32,000 nt of DNA from Nitrososphaera viennensis EN76 (GTDB lineage Archaea; Thermoproteota; Nitrososphaeria; Nitrososphaerales; Nitrososphaeraceae). Of this stretch, positions 20,921-28,980 are shown piece by piece. The stretch spans positions 330,001 through 362,000 of the forward strand of contig NZ_CP007536.1 of the NCBI RefSeq assembly GCF_000698785.1, read 5' to 3'. Positions within the stretch are counted from its first letter, which is position 1; each line of letters starts with the position of its first letter. Both the position numbers and the translations under genes were made by a program. Under the pieces are notes generated by a model that saw nothing but the letters and a program-made list of their open reading frames with translations, was not told the DNA's origin and ran no database searches.

Positions 20921-21399
20921 CGCTTAGGAAAAAGTTTGACGACGCGGCGGGCAAGGTGTGCAAGGCTCTGATACCCGTCAGGCACGAGAGTTTTGGAGGC
21001 AGGGGCAGGGAAGTGGCGGTGTGCACCCTTGGCAGCATCGACCTGCTTGAGAGGATCTCCAAGTCTGAGATAATCATGGACAGGGTGGCAATAGCCGGCC
21101 GGCTCTTGTCGGAGAACAAGGGCATCGACGCCATCATCGATTACGTTTCTGCGCACCCTGACCTGAAGCGGATCGTGGTGTGCGGCAGGGAGGTCAAGGG
21201 GCACATGGCAGGCCAGGCATTGCTGGCGCTATACAAAAACGGCATCGACGGGCAGGGCAGGATAATCGGGGCTGCAGGCCCGTACCCGATACTTTTGTCA
21301 CCGCGGGAAAAGGTCGAGGCATTCAGGCGACAGGTGGCAATAGCCGACATGACTGGAATTACAGACCTTGAAAAGATAATGCCCCTACTAATAGCCTGA
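20917..21399 (+). CDS. MtrA-like protein (homologue of the corrinoid-binding subunit A of tetrahydromethanopterin S-methyltransferase), soluble form
   Basis: VAVCTLGSIDLL...IAGRLLSENKGIDAIIDYVSAHPDLKRIVVCGREVKGHMAGQALLALYKNGIDGQGRIIGAAGPYPIL...VEAFRRQV matches my memory of the MtrA pattern (TEN.GIE...NpnIR.lilcG.E..GH..GqsL.aL..NG.d). There is no C-terminal TM helix. Its ATG overlaps the upstream stop (ATGA). Confidence 0.7.
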   Translation: MTLRKKFDDAAGKVCKALIPVRHESFGGRGREVAVCTLGSIDLLERISKSEIIMDRVAIAGRLLSENKGIDAIIDYVSAHPDLKRIVVCGREVKGHMAGQALLALYKNGIDGQGRIIGAAGPYPILLSPREKVEAFRRQVAIADMTGITDLEKIMPLLIA

Positions 21400-21717
21400 C
21401 TTTTGCCTGTCGCGGTTTACCTTGTTTTTCTTCTTGTATTCGTCGAGAATGTCTGCCGGCGTCATGCCAAGTTCAAGCGACGCCTGCACCAAAAAGTGCC
21501 ATATGTCTATCAGCTCCTCCCTTGCAGCCGCCTCGTCAAAGCCGGAGGGCTTTTTCCACCACTTCCAGTTTGTCAGGCGCTGGAGCTCCACCGTCTCGTG
21601 GATTATCGCGGTGGAAAGCGCCGAGACCTTGCCCTCGGTCGTCGCTGGATATCTTGACAGATCCATCATGCCTGCAAGCTCTTTCTGCATGGAAAATATC
21701 GTCTCTAGCGTGTCCAT
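21388..21717 (-). CDS. All-alpha NTP pyrophosphohydrolase (dimeric dUTPase / MazG-like family)
   Basis: IIHETVELQRLTNWKWWKKP...REELIDIWHFLVQASLELGMTPADILDEYKKKNKVNRDR is the characteristic E-x2-E ... W-K-x-W ... E-x2-D-x2-H-F pattern. Confidence 0.65.
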   Translation of the reverse strand: MDTLETIFSMQKELAGMMDLSRYPATTEGKVSALSTAIIHETVELQRLTNWKWWKKPSGFDEAAAREELIDIWHFLVQASLELGMTPADILDEYKKKNKVNRDRQKSGY

Positions 21718-21826
21718 CAGGATGTCAGTTTTGGGTGGGCAGGTAAATAATTGCTGCTGATGATCATCCGACTAGTGTCGAGGTGTTGCGAAAGCTTTAA
21801 GGCATGTGGTGATAATAAAGCTCGCT

Positions 21827-22837
21827 ATGGCTTCTGGCAGGCAACCTGCTACTACCACCCCCCCAAGGCCCGAGGACTCCGCTTCGCTTGGAAACGTTCT
21901 TTCGTCATCGCTTGACATGCTAAAGATAGAGGATGCCGAGATCCGCAAAAAGGCAGTCGAGTTCGTGGGCAACGTGTCGCTTGCAACCGTCAACGCGTAC
22001 GGCAAGTGGATCGCCTCCATCAAGGCAGTAGCCGACGCCTGCACGGTGTCTGGCCATGCGTTCTCCCAGTCAGAGCTGTGCGACTTTTTGACAGTCGCCG
22101 CAAAGGGCATGGACTCTAAAAGGGCGGGGACAAAGGCCGTAAACGACGCCACGTTTTACATCTACATGGACATCATGGAGAACTACCAAAAAGCGTCTGC
22201 ACAATTGAAATTGCATTTCCCGAGGATAATAGTCGACGTCATCTCGATACTTGACAAGGGAGTGGACACTCGCGGCGAGGCAGTCGGCGTCTATGGCATC
22301 GAGCGCTACTACCAGGAGCATAAAGCCAGCGCGCCTCTCGAAGACCCTGTTGCCAGCTACATCGCAAGGTCCGTGACTGAGGGAAGAAGGTCATCATCAT
22401 CTTCTTCCTCTTCCTCTGCCAGCCAGCCAAGTCCGCCCGCAGTAACATTCAGCGACGACCTGGTCGACAACCTTGCAAGCATCACTGGCAGGTCAAAGAA
22501 GGAGCTTGAGGCATCGCTTGCAAGCCTGCCTGCTGCCGACATCAAAAAGATAACCGACCTTTCAGTCAACCACAAGCGCCTGCAAAAGTACAGCAAGCTG
22601 GCAAGGCCGGAAGACCTGAAGCGAGAAGTGGAAAAGGATCTTGGCCGCAAGCTCACAGACAACCAGCTGCAGCACGCCGCCAACTCGATACGCAAGGCCA
22701 AGACATACATCGAAAATGTCCTTGACGGCAAGTTCGTCCCGCATGGGACGCACGGCATCAACCACGTCAAGCACAACCTGGAATACGGCTACCAGCTGAT
22801 GGGCTTGATAGAGCCAAGAAAGCGCAGGTCCAACTAA
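21827..22837 (+). CDS. Hypothetical protein with an internal poly-Ser linker
   Basis: ATG 21827 lies 27-36 nt after TATA-like aaagctttaa; the track offers GTG 21806. A run of 9 Ser codons occupies 22391-22417. The C-terminus ends HGTHGINHVKHNLEYGYQLMGLIEPRKRRSN. Confidence 0.55.
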   Translation: MASGRQPATTTPPRPEDSASLGNVLSSSLDMLKIEDAEIRKKAVEFVGNVSLATVNAYGKWIASIKAVADACTVSGHAFSQSELCDFLTVAAKGMDSKRAGTKAVNDATFYIYMDIMENYQKASAQLKLHFPRIIVDVISILDKGVDTRGEAVGVYGIERYYQEHKASAPLEDPVASYIARSVTEGRRSSSSSSSSSASQPSPPAVTFSDDLVDNLASITGRSKKELEASLASLPAADIKKITDLSVNHKRLQKYSKLARPEDLKREVEKDLGRKLTDNQLQHAANSIRKAKTYIENVLDGKFVPHGTHGINHVKHNLEYGYQLMGLIEPRKRRSN

Positions 22838-22847
22838 TTATTTTTAG

Positions 22848-22955
22848 AAAAAAAAGTTGCAATAACGACAATAAAGCCTGTTAGATAGGGTCGTCCCCCT
22901 ATCAGAGGGCGGCCAATGCCGCGCTCGTGTGATACGGGGGGTCCCTATCTAGTTA
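22848..22955 (-). ncRNA. Candidate small structured RNA (long imperfect hairpin, then a T8 tract on the minus strand)
   Basis: The hairpin spans 22882-22951. Paired segments are tagataggg/ccctatcta, ccccc/ggggg, tatca/tgata, gag/ctc and gcggc/gccgc, with a caat loop. On the minus strand an A/T-rich aataatttat lies about 25 nt upstream and T8 (A8 at 22848-22855 on plus) lies downstream. No known RNA family recognised. Confidence 0.3.
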
Positions 22956-23121
22956 GTTTATTCCGTCGTTTGGAGTTAAGATCATAAATTATTAAGTCTT
23001 TCCAACATACAATTTTACAATTATGCTAATACATTAGAATTATAACATAAATTTCGTACAAAATACATCATTAAAAGTTATAATTTACATTAGGGGCCAA
23101 TATAAATAGTCAATTGCCGAA
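22956..23121. other. Very AT-rich spacer with short inverted and direct repeats, between convergent genes
   Basis: aattataac (23038-23046) is the inverted repeat of gttataatt (23078-23086). tacattag occurs at 23030-23037 and 23087-23094. Composition contrasts sharply with the GC-rich flanking genes. Confidence 0.5.
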
Positions 23122-24300
23122 CTAGCTCCAGACTTTTTCCTTGAACGTCCATTTTTTGTTCAAAAGAAAGTTGCTTATCGACGCGGTGGCGACAGCTAGG
23201 ACAAGCGCAAGCGGGTAGCTGACCTCGTTTGTCTCTACGAGCGCATACACCAGGCCTAGCTGCACCAGCGCGCCGAACGCGGAAAAGCCTGCAAACATGC
23301 CGTACTGCAATAGCGTCTTTCTGGCCGCAAAGTCCATGTCTTCAAACGTCCAGACCTTGTTGAGGATAAAGTTGGACGTTATCGAGAACATGATGCCTAC
23401 CACCGTTGCGTGCAGGTACCAAATTCCCGGGAAAAGCGCCGTGAGTATGAACGAGACAAGATAGTTGACCAGGAGGCCGCTTGACCCGACCGTGTAGAAC
23501 CTGCCCGCCTTTGAGAAAAAGCGCACGGACGTCCTGCGCTCGCTTGGCGCCGCCCTGCCGTAGCGGTACAGGCGCCACACCGCGCGTATATAGTCAAACA
23601 TCACTTTTGAGTCGAGCTTGCTTGCGCCGGCGCACCTGTTTGTAAACGTGTAGGGTATCTCTTTTATCCTCGCTCCTTTAACCTTGACCAGCATCTCAAG
23701 GAGCATCTTGTAGCCTATAGTGTCAAACTTTATTCCGTGGATGATGTGCCGGCGGAACGCGAAAAAGCCGGACATTGGGTCCTTTATCTTGATTCCGAGG
23801 CTGTACTTGGCTATCTTGGTCGCGCCCTTGCTCATGAGCTTGCGCTTGAAAGGCCAGCCTGATATCGCTCCTCCCTTGATGTACCTTGAAGCGACCACGA
23901 TGTCGCACCTTGACTGCCTTATCTCCTCAAGCATCTTGGGTATGGTGTGGGCAGGGTGGGAAAGGTCGCTGTCCATGACAACGACTACTTCGCCTGTCGC
24001 CTCATGCACGCCTGCAAGTATTGCCGAGCTGAGGCCCTGCTTTCCTGCCCTACGCACTACGCGTATGTGGAAGCGCTTGTCCTGCCTGCCGAGGTCTCTG
24101 GCGTGACTGGCCGCAATGTCTGCAGTCCCGTCGGGCGAATTGTCGTCGACTACAATGATTTCCGCAGGCGCATTATGTGGCAGCGCCTCTGCGATCGAGT
24201 CGATCATCTTGGTGATGTTTTGCGACTCGTTGTACGTGGGCAGGATCACTGAAAGCGGCATCTTGTCCTGCTTGACAAGCTCCTGCGACGAAACGTCCAC
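23122..24300 (-). CDS. Family 2 glycosyltransferase (dolichyl-phosphate mannose/glucose synthase-like) fused to a GtrA-like C-terminal membrane domain
   Basis: LSVILPTYNESQNITKMIDSI...IIVVDDNSPDGT...VVVMDSDLSHP is the GT2/Dpm1 pattern. The C-terminal ~130 aa have four TM helices ending NFLLNKKWTF, typical of GtrA. Confidence 0.9.
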   Translation of the reverse strand: MDVSSQELVKQDKMPLSVILPTYNESQNITKMIDSIAEALPHNAPAEIIVVDDNSPDGTADIAASHARDLGRQDKRFHIRVVRRAGKQGLSSAILAGVHEATGEVVVVMDSDLSHPAHTIPKMLEEIRQSRCDIVVASRYIKGGAISGWPFKRKLMSKGATKIAKYSLGIKIKDPMSGFFAFRRHIIHGIKFDTIGYKMLLEMLVKVKGARIKEIPYTFTNRCAGASKLDSKVMFDYIRAVWRLYRYGRAAPSERRTSVRFFSKAGRFYTVGSSGLLVNYLVSFILTALFPGIWYLHATVVGIMFSITSNFILNKVWTFEDMDFAARKTLLQYGMFAGFSAFGALVQLGLVYALVETNEVSYPLALVLAVATASISNFLLNKKWTFKEKVWS

Positions 24301-24332
24301 GGCTGCTTTTAAACTGCCGTTCTATAAAACGG

Positions 24333-24986
24333 TTAGTCCCTGTCCGACAGGCCCCGCGAGGTGATTGCAAACTGCGCGGTGCCGGCAGCCGGCTGCAAGA
24401 GCGCCGCGTGGAACCATCCTCTGGAAGGGTTCTCTATGGAGAGTTTCATCCTGACGTGAGAGTATATCGAAACCGAACTGCCGAGGTACTCTCGCTGGAT
24501 TGATTTGCCAGTCTCCGTGGGCGCGTTTCTCACCATGTTTGTCACGACGACTGCGCAGTCTGCGCCTATTGCAAAGGTCGCAAGGTCGTGCAGGTGAGAC
24601 ATGACTGCAAGGTGCCTTGCCGGGCCGGAATACTCTGCCGAAAAAAGAGAGGTCAGCGTGTCGACTATGAGGAGCCGGGCGTCAGCGTCACGAGCCCTTT
24701 CGACCGCGCTTACCTGGTCCTGAGTGTTGAGCGCCCGGATAAACGTTATCCTGTCCAGTGCTTCTTTTGTCCCTGCCATCTCTGAGACGCGCTCGGGCCG
24801 GAACGTGCCGGCCGTGTCCACGAAAAACGCGCGAAATCCTACCCTTGTGCAGCTGGCGCACAGCGAGAAACATAATTGCGACTTGCCCGATCCGCTCTCG
24901 CCGTACACGTCGGTGACCATCCCTGTCCTGACGCCTCCTCCCAAGAGCGCGTCAAGCGACTGCGAGCCGGTCTGGATGAACATCAT
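24333..24986 (-). CDS. RecA-superfamily ATPase, RadA paralogue of the RadB type (core domain only)
   Basis: SLDALLGGGVRTGMVTDVYGESGSGKSQLCFSLC (Walker A) ... ARLLIVDTLTSLF (Walker B). There is no N-terminal HhH domain. Confidence 0.8.
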   Translation of the reverse strand: MMFIQTGSQSLDALLGGGVRTGMVTDVYGESGSGKSQLCFSLCASCTRVGFRAFFVDTAGTFRPERVSEMAGTKEALDRITFIRALNTQDQVSAVERARDADARLLIVDTLTSLFSAEYSGPARHLAVMSHLHDLATFAIGADCAVVVTNMVRNAPTETGKSIQREYLGSSVSIYSHVRMKLSIENPSRGWFHAALLQPAAGTAQFAITSRGLSDRD

Positions 24987-25081
24987 TATGGTCTAGGATG
25001 CGGCCTTTTTATGAATTAAGAGAGCAAGGGAACCTTTTTATTTGCGGCGCGAACCTACGTCCTCCAAAGTGATTAACTAGC

Positions 25082-25333
25082 GTGTCTTCTCCGTCATCTC
25101 AACAGCCAAAACGCCCCCTGTCGATTCTGCAGAGGTCGCTAAACCGCAAGGTCGCCGTGCGCCTGAAGAGCGAGATAGAGTACAAGGGGAGGATGAATAA
25201 CGTCGATTCTTACATGAACCTGATACTTACCGACGCAGAAGAGTTCAACGGCGCCGACGTGATGGCAAACTACGGCAAGGTGGTCATCCGTGGCAACAAC
25301 GTTCTGTTCATCAGGCTTGAGAAAGACCTCTAG
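25082..25333 (+). CDS. Archaeal Sm-like (LSm/SmAP) RNA-binding protein
   Basis: Sm1 is VAVRLKSEIEYKGRMNNVDSYMNLILTDAEEF and Sm2 is VVIRGNNVLFI. GTG start. Confidence 0.85.
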   Translation: MSSPSSQQPKRPLSILQRSLNRKVAVRLKSEIEYKGRMNNVDSYMNLILTDAEEFNGADVMANYGKVVIRGNNVLFIRLEKDL

Positions 25334-25345
25334 CGTGGTGCCAAA

Positions 25346-26488
25346 ATGGTAAAGCGCTGGCTGTTTACTTCAGAGAGCGTTACAGAGGGCCACCCGGACA
25401 AGGTTTGCGACCAGATCTCTGATGCTCTTCTCGACGAGTTTCTCCGGCAGGACCCGGACTCTCGCGTCGCCGCCGAGTCGATGACTACTACCGGCATCGT
25501 CTTTGTGGCCGGCGAGGTGACGTCAAAGGGCAGGGTTGACGTGCAGAAAATAGTCCGCGACACCATCCGTGAGATTGGTTATGACAGGCCCGAGTATGGC
25601 TTTGACTGCGACTCGTGCTCGGTGCTTGCAGCGCTCCACGAGCAGAGCCCTGACATCTCGATGGGCGTGACTGCCACTGAAGCGAAGGAGCAGGGCGCCG
25701 GCGACCAGGGCCTCATGTTCGGCTACGCCACCAACGAAACCCCGCAGCTTATGCCTCTTCCGATAACCATGGCCCACCAGCTCTCTATGAAGCTCTCGCA
25801 GTCAAGAAAGAGCAAGGAGCTTGGGTGGCTCAGGCCTGACGGCAAGTCGCAGGTGTCCGTCGTCTACGAGGAAGGCATCCCAAAGCGCATCGACACCGTC
25901 GTCATGTCGACGCAACATGCGCCCGACATTGGCATGAACCAGCTGCGCGAGGAAGTGATAAGCAAGATAATCAAGCCCGTGTGCGGCGAATGGGTGGACG
26001 ACAAGACGAAATACCTCGTCAACCCGACCGGCAGGTTCGTAATCGGAGGTCCGCCCGGCGATACCGGCCTTACAGGCCGCAAGATTATAGCCGACACGTA
26101 CGGCGGCATGGGAAGGCACGGCGGGGGCGCGTTTTCTGGCAAGGACCCGTCCAAAGTCGACAGGTCTGCCTGCTACATGGCAAGGTACGTTGCCAAGAAC
26201 GTGGTGGCAGCCGGCCTTGCAGACAAGTGCGAGGTACAGGTCGCGTACGCAATCGGAGTCGCCGAGCCTGTATCCATAATGGTAGACACATTTGGCACTG
26301 GCAAGGCGCCTGAAGAGGAGATAGAGACCCGCGTGCGCAAGGTCTTTGACATGAAGCCTGCAGGCATCATCAAGACGCTTGACCTGAAACGCCCCGTCTA
26401 CCGCAATACCGCGGCATACGGTCACTTTGGAAGGAGCGAGCCAGGATTTACGTGGGAAAGGACCGACAAGGCCCCTCTGCTAAAGTAG
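25346..26488 (+). CDS. metK: S-adenosylmethionine synthetase (methionine adenosyltransferase), bacterial/eukaryotic-type MetK
   Basis: [57 protein letters not shown] and [17 protein letters not shown] are hallmark MetK motifs. Confidence 0.95.
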   Translation: MVKRWLFTSESVTEGHPDKVCDQISDALLDEFLRQDPDSRVAAESMTTTGIVFVAGEVTSKGRVDVQKIVRDTIREIGYDRPEYGFDCDSCSVLAALHEQSPDISMGVTATEAKEQGAGDQGLMFGYATNETPQLMPLPITMAHQLSMKLSQSRKSKELGWLRPDGKSQVSVVYEEGIPKRIDTVVMSTQHAPDIGMNQLREEVISKIIKPVCGEWVDDKTKYLVNPTGRFVIGGPPGDTGLTGRKIIADTYGGMGRHGGGAFSGKDPSKVDRSACYMARYVAKNVVAAGLADKCEVQVAYAIGVAEPVSIMVDTFGTGKAPEEEIETRVRKVFDMKPAGIIKTLDLKRPVYRNTAAYGHFGRSEPGFTWERTDKAPLLK

Positions 26489-26557
26489 GCTAAAGACGCG
26501 CAAGAGAGAGCAGTCTAAAAAATAATAATGTCTCCCATCTACTACCATCTGTCATTG

Positions 26558-27325
26558 ATGAAAGGCAAAGTAGCAGTAATCACAGGCGCCACGCGGGGCA
26601 TCGGTTTTGAACTGGCCCGGGAATTTGCAAGCAGGGGCGCCACCGTCCTCGTGTGCTCCAGAGACATCAAAAGTGCAAGCGATGCCGCAAAGAGAGTCGG
26701 GAAAAATGCACACCCTTTTTCGCTTGACGTTTCAAACCCTGCAAGCGTCAGGGCTTTTGTAAAGGACGCAGTCGCAAAGCACGGCAGAATAGACATCCTT
26801 GTCAACAACGCCGGTTATCCCTTTGACAAAAAGACATGGTACAAGGAGATGCATGAAATTACAGATGAAGAGTTTGACCGCGTGCTTGAAGTCGACCTAA
26901 AGGGCACGTTCCGCTTGACGCGCGCGGTGCTTTCAGTGATGATAAAGAAAAAGAATCGTGGTGATGGTGGCGTAGGAGGAGTCATCATCAACATCTCGTC
27001 CACTCCTGCAATAGCGGGCCACGTTGAGGGCGCGCCTTATACCCTTGCCAAGGCAGGCATTATTGCCATGACCAAACATGTCGCGCTTGAATACGGGAAC
27101 AGGGGTGTTCGCGCCTACTCGCTTGCACTTGGCAACATTGCCACCGACGCCACCTTTGGCTCGATGGATGAAAAGGCGCGCATGCAGGCAGCACAGGAAA
27201 ACGCGATGAGGCGGTGGGGAAAACCAGAAGAGGTTGCAAGGGTCGCGGCAAGCCTTGCAGGCGACGACTTTTCCTTTGCAACCGGCAACACCTTCGTAAT
27301 CGACGGCGGGGCGGTGCTCTTGTGA
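26558..27325 (+). CDS. Short-chain dehydrogenase/reductase (FabG-like SDR)
   Basis: GKVAVITGATRGIGFELA (TGxxxGxG), NNAG, and catalytic S...YTLAKAG (YxxxK). The start may be ATG 26528 or 26558. Confidence 0.85.
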   Translation: MKGKVAVITGATRGIGFELAREFASRGATVLVCSRDIKSASDAAKRVGKNAHPFSLDVSNPASVRAFVKDAVAKHGRIDILVNNAGYPFDKKTWYKEMHEITDEEFDRVLEVDLKGTFRLTRAVLSVMIKKKNRGDGGVGGVIINISSTPAIAGHVEGAPYTLAKAGIIAMTKHVALEYGNRGVRAYSLALGNIATDATFGSMDEKARMQAAQENAMRRWGKPEEVARVAASLAGDDFSFATGNTFVIDGGAVLL

Positions 27326-28509
27326 CTACTACTGCCGATGATGATACTAACAAGGAAAACGACGACCTGGAGCTGGCAGAGCAGGAACAGGAACTGCCAC
27401 CCGAAGTGGAGGAAAAAAGGAAAAAAGGTATTCTGCGCACCGGCTACACAACAGGAACCACGGCAACGGCGGCGACCAAAGCCGCGCTCTTAGCGCTTGT
27501 AACCGGCAGACCTGTGGAGCAGGTCACGGTGTCGCTACCAAAGGGCAGGGCTGCGACGCTCAAGATCGCATGGACAAAGATTGAAGACGACAAAACTACA
27601 TGCGCCGCGATAAAGGACGGGGGCGACGACCCTGACGTCACGCATGGGGCAGAGATCTGCTCGACTGTTTCTTTTATTGATGGTAATCCCGGCGTGATAA
27701 ACATCGATGGCGGCAAGGGAGTTGGCAGGGTGACCAAGCCCGGCCTCGGGCTGGAAATGGGCCGGGCCGCGATAAACCCTACTCCGATGAAAATGCTCAT
27801 GCAGGTAGTAGATGAAGCGGCGCATGAGCAGTTAAAAACAAAGGGAGTCAAGGTCGTCATCTGGGTCCCAAAGGGAGAAGAGCTTGCAATAAAGACGGAC
27901 AACCCGCGCCTTGGGATAGTAGGCGGCATTTCGATACTTGGGACGACCGGCATAGTGCTACCTTACTCTACCGCGTCGTTTGCGGCAGCCATACGGCAGA
28001 GCCTCGATGTGGCTATTGCGATGGGGGCCGACACTGCGATCCTGACCACTGGCGGCAGGAGCGAGGATTTTGCCAGAGCGGTGTTTCCGGACCTTCCTGA
28101 GCACAGTTTTGTACAGATGGGAGACTTTGCCGGGTATTCTGTCGATCAGTGCGCTAGAAAGAACATCAAAAAGGCAGTCATCGCCGGCTTTATCGGAAAG
28201 CTGACCAAGATGGCAATGGGGATAAAGCAGACGCATGTGCGCGGCTCGCACGTCAGCCTGGACTTTATGGCTGGCCTTGCCGAGCAGTGCGGCGCACCCG
28301 CATCCGTCATCGCAGAGATCAGGCAGGCAAACACCGCACGGCATGCAGGCGAGATAGTGGCAAAAAACAATATCTCTGGCTTTTCTGACCTGCTGTGCAA
28401 AAAGGTATACGAGCAGATGCGCGAACATTCAAAGGGCCAGCTTGCGCTTGAAATCGTCATGTTTGACTTTGACGGCAAAGTCCTTGCGCGCTATTCTCCC
28501 TCTTCCTGA
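27322..28509 (+). CDS. cbiD: Cobalt-precorrin-5B (C1)-methyltransferase CbiD with an acidic N-terminal extension
   Basis: LRTGYTTGTTATAATKAALLAL...DGGDDPDVTHG...GGKGVGRVTKPGLG...AINPTPMKMLM...GGISILGTTGIVLPYS is the CbiD pattern. The GTG start overlaps the SDR stop (GTGA). The first ~35 aa are TTTADDDTNKENDDLELAEQEQELPPEVEEKRKK. Confidence 0.85.
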   Translation: MTTTADDDTNKENDDLELAEQEQELPPEVEEKRKKGILRTGYTTGTTATAATKAALLALVTGRPVEQVTVSLPKGRAATLKIAWTKIEDDKTTCAAIKDGGDDPDVTHGAEICSTVSFIDGNPGVINIDGGKGVGRVTKPGLGLEMGRAAINPTPMKMLMQVVDEAAHEQLKTKGVKVVIWVPKGEELAIKTDNPRLGIVGGISILGTTGIVLPYSTASFAAAIRQSLDVAIAMGADTAILTTGGRSEDFARAVFPDLPEHSFVQMGDFAGYSVDQCARKNIKKAVIAGFIGKLTKMAMGIKQTHVRGSHVSLDFMAGLAEQCGAPASVIAEIRQANTARHAGEIVAKNNISGFSDLLCKKVYEQMREHSKGQLALEIVMFDFDGKVLARYSPSS

Positions 28510-28934
28510 CTGCGCTTTAGCATCTCTATCCTTCCGCCGTACTTTTCCTTGTACGACGCCCTGCACTGCACGCAGCAAAAGAACCGCTCGAACCTTGCAA
28601 ACCTGAGCACCTTTGGCTTGCCGTGCACGGGCCCTCCGCAAAAGTCGCATTTCAGCTTTACTTTCAGGCCCTCGACATACACATGGAAGTGCTTTTTCTG
28701 CTTTTTAATGTTCTCGAGCGAGACAAGATCCTCGCGCGCCTTGTCTATCTTGGACAGGTCTATCTCCGGCCTCACAGCCTTGATGAGGCCGATGTTGATG
28801 AGGCGTTCGTACCTTGCCTTGACTGTCGGCGTGCTGACGCCTATTTCGCGCGACACTGCGCGAAAGGACTTGCGGCCATCCTCCATCAGTGATTTCAGTA
28901 TGGCGACATCAGTGTCGTCAAGCTCTACCGGCAC
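28491..28934 (-). CDS. Lrp/AsnC-type HTH regulator fused to a C-terminal TRASH (Cys-rich metal-binding) domain
   Basis: N-terminus is LDDTDVAILKSLMEDGRKSFRAVSREIGVSTPTVKARYERLINIGLI (AsnC HTH). C-terminus is CDFCGGPVHGKPKVLRFARFERFFCCVQC, which is C-x2-C-x20-C-x3-C. Confidence 0.8.
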   Translation of the reverse strand: MPVELDDTDVAILKSLMEDGRKSFRAVSREIGVSTPTVKARYERLINIGLIKAVRPEIDLSKIDKAREDLVSLENIKKQKKHFHVYVEGLKVKLKCDFCGGPVHGKPKVLRFARFERFFCCVQCRASYKEKYGGRIEMLKRSQEEGE

Positions 28935-28980
28935 GGTGTAAGATCTCTCTGGGCTGGCTTATTATGATAACGCGTGTCTG

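Noticed and set aside
22391-22417. Run of nine serine codons (tca tca tca tct tct tcc tct tcc tct).
   Set aside because: It is in frame within a long ORF and encodes a plausible flexible linker. This is a low-complexity coding tract, not a non-coding tandem repeat or CRISPR-like element.
22882-22951. I tried to fit the hairpin to a box C/D sRNA, an H/ACA guide RNA with a K-turn, a tRNA or SRP RNA.
   Set aside because: No RUGAUGA/CUGA box pair lies at a sensible distance. The 3-nt bulge is not followed by tandem G-A pairs on both strands. The internal loops (2 and 4 nt) are too small for a pseudouridylation pocket. There is no cloverleaf. I kept it only as an unclassified candidate RNA or terminator.
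25802-26425. 207-aa minus-strand ORF, and several other 60-110-aa ORFs, inside the metK gene.
   Set aside because: They lie antisense to or out of frame with an unambiguous MetK coding sequence. These are shadow ORFs of a GC-rich gene.
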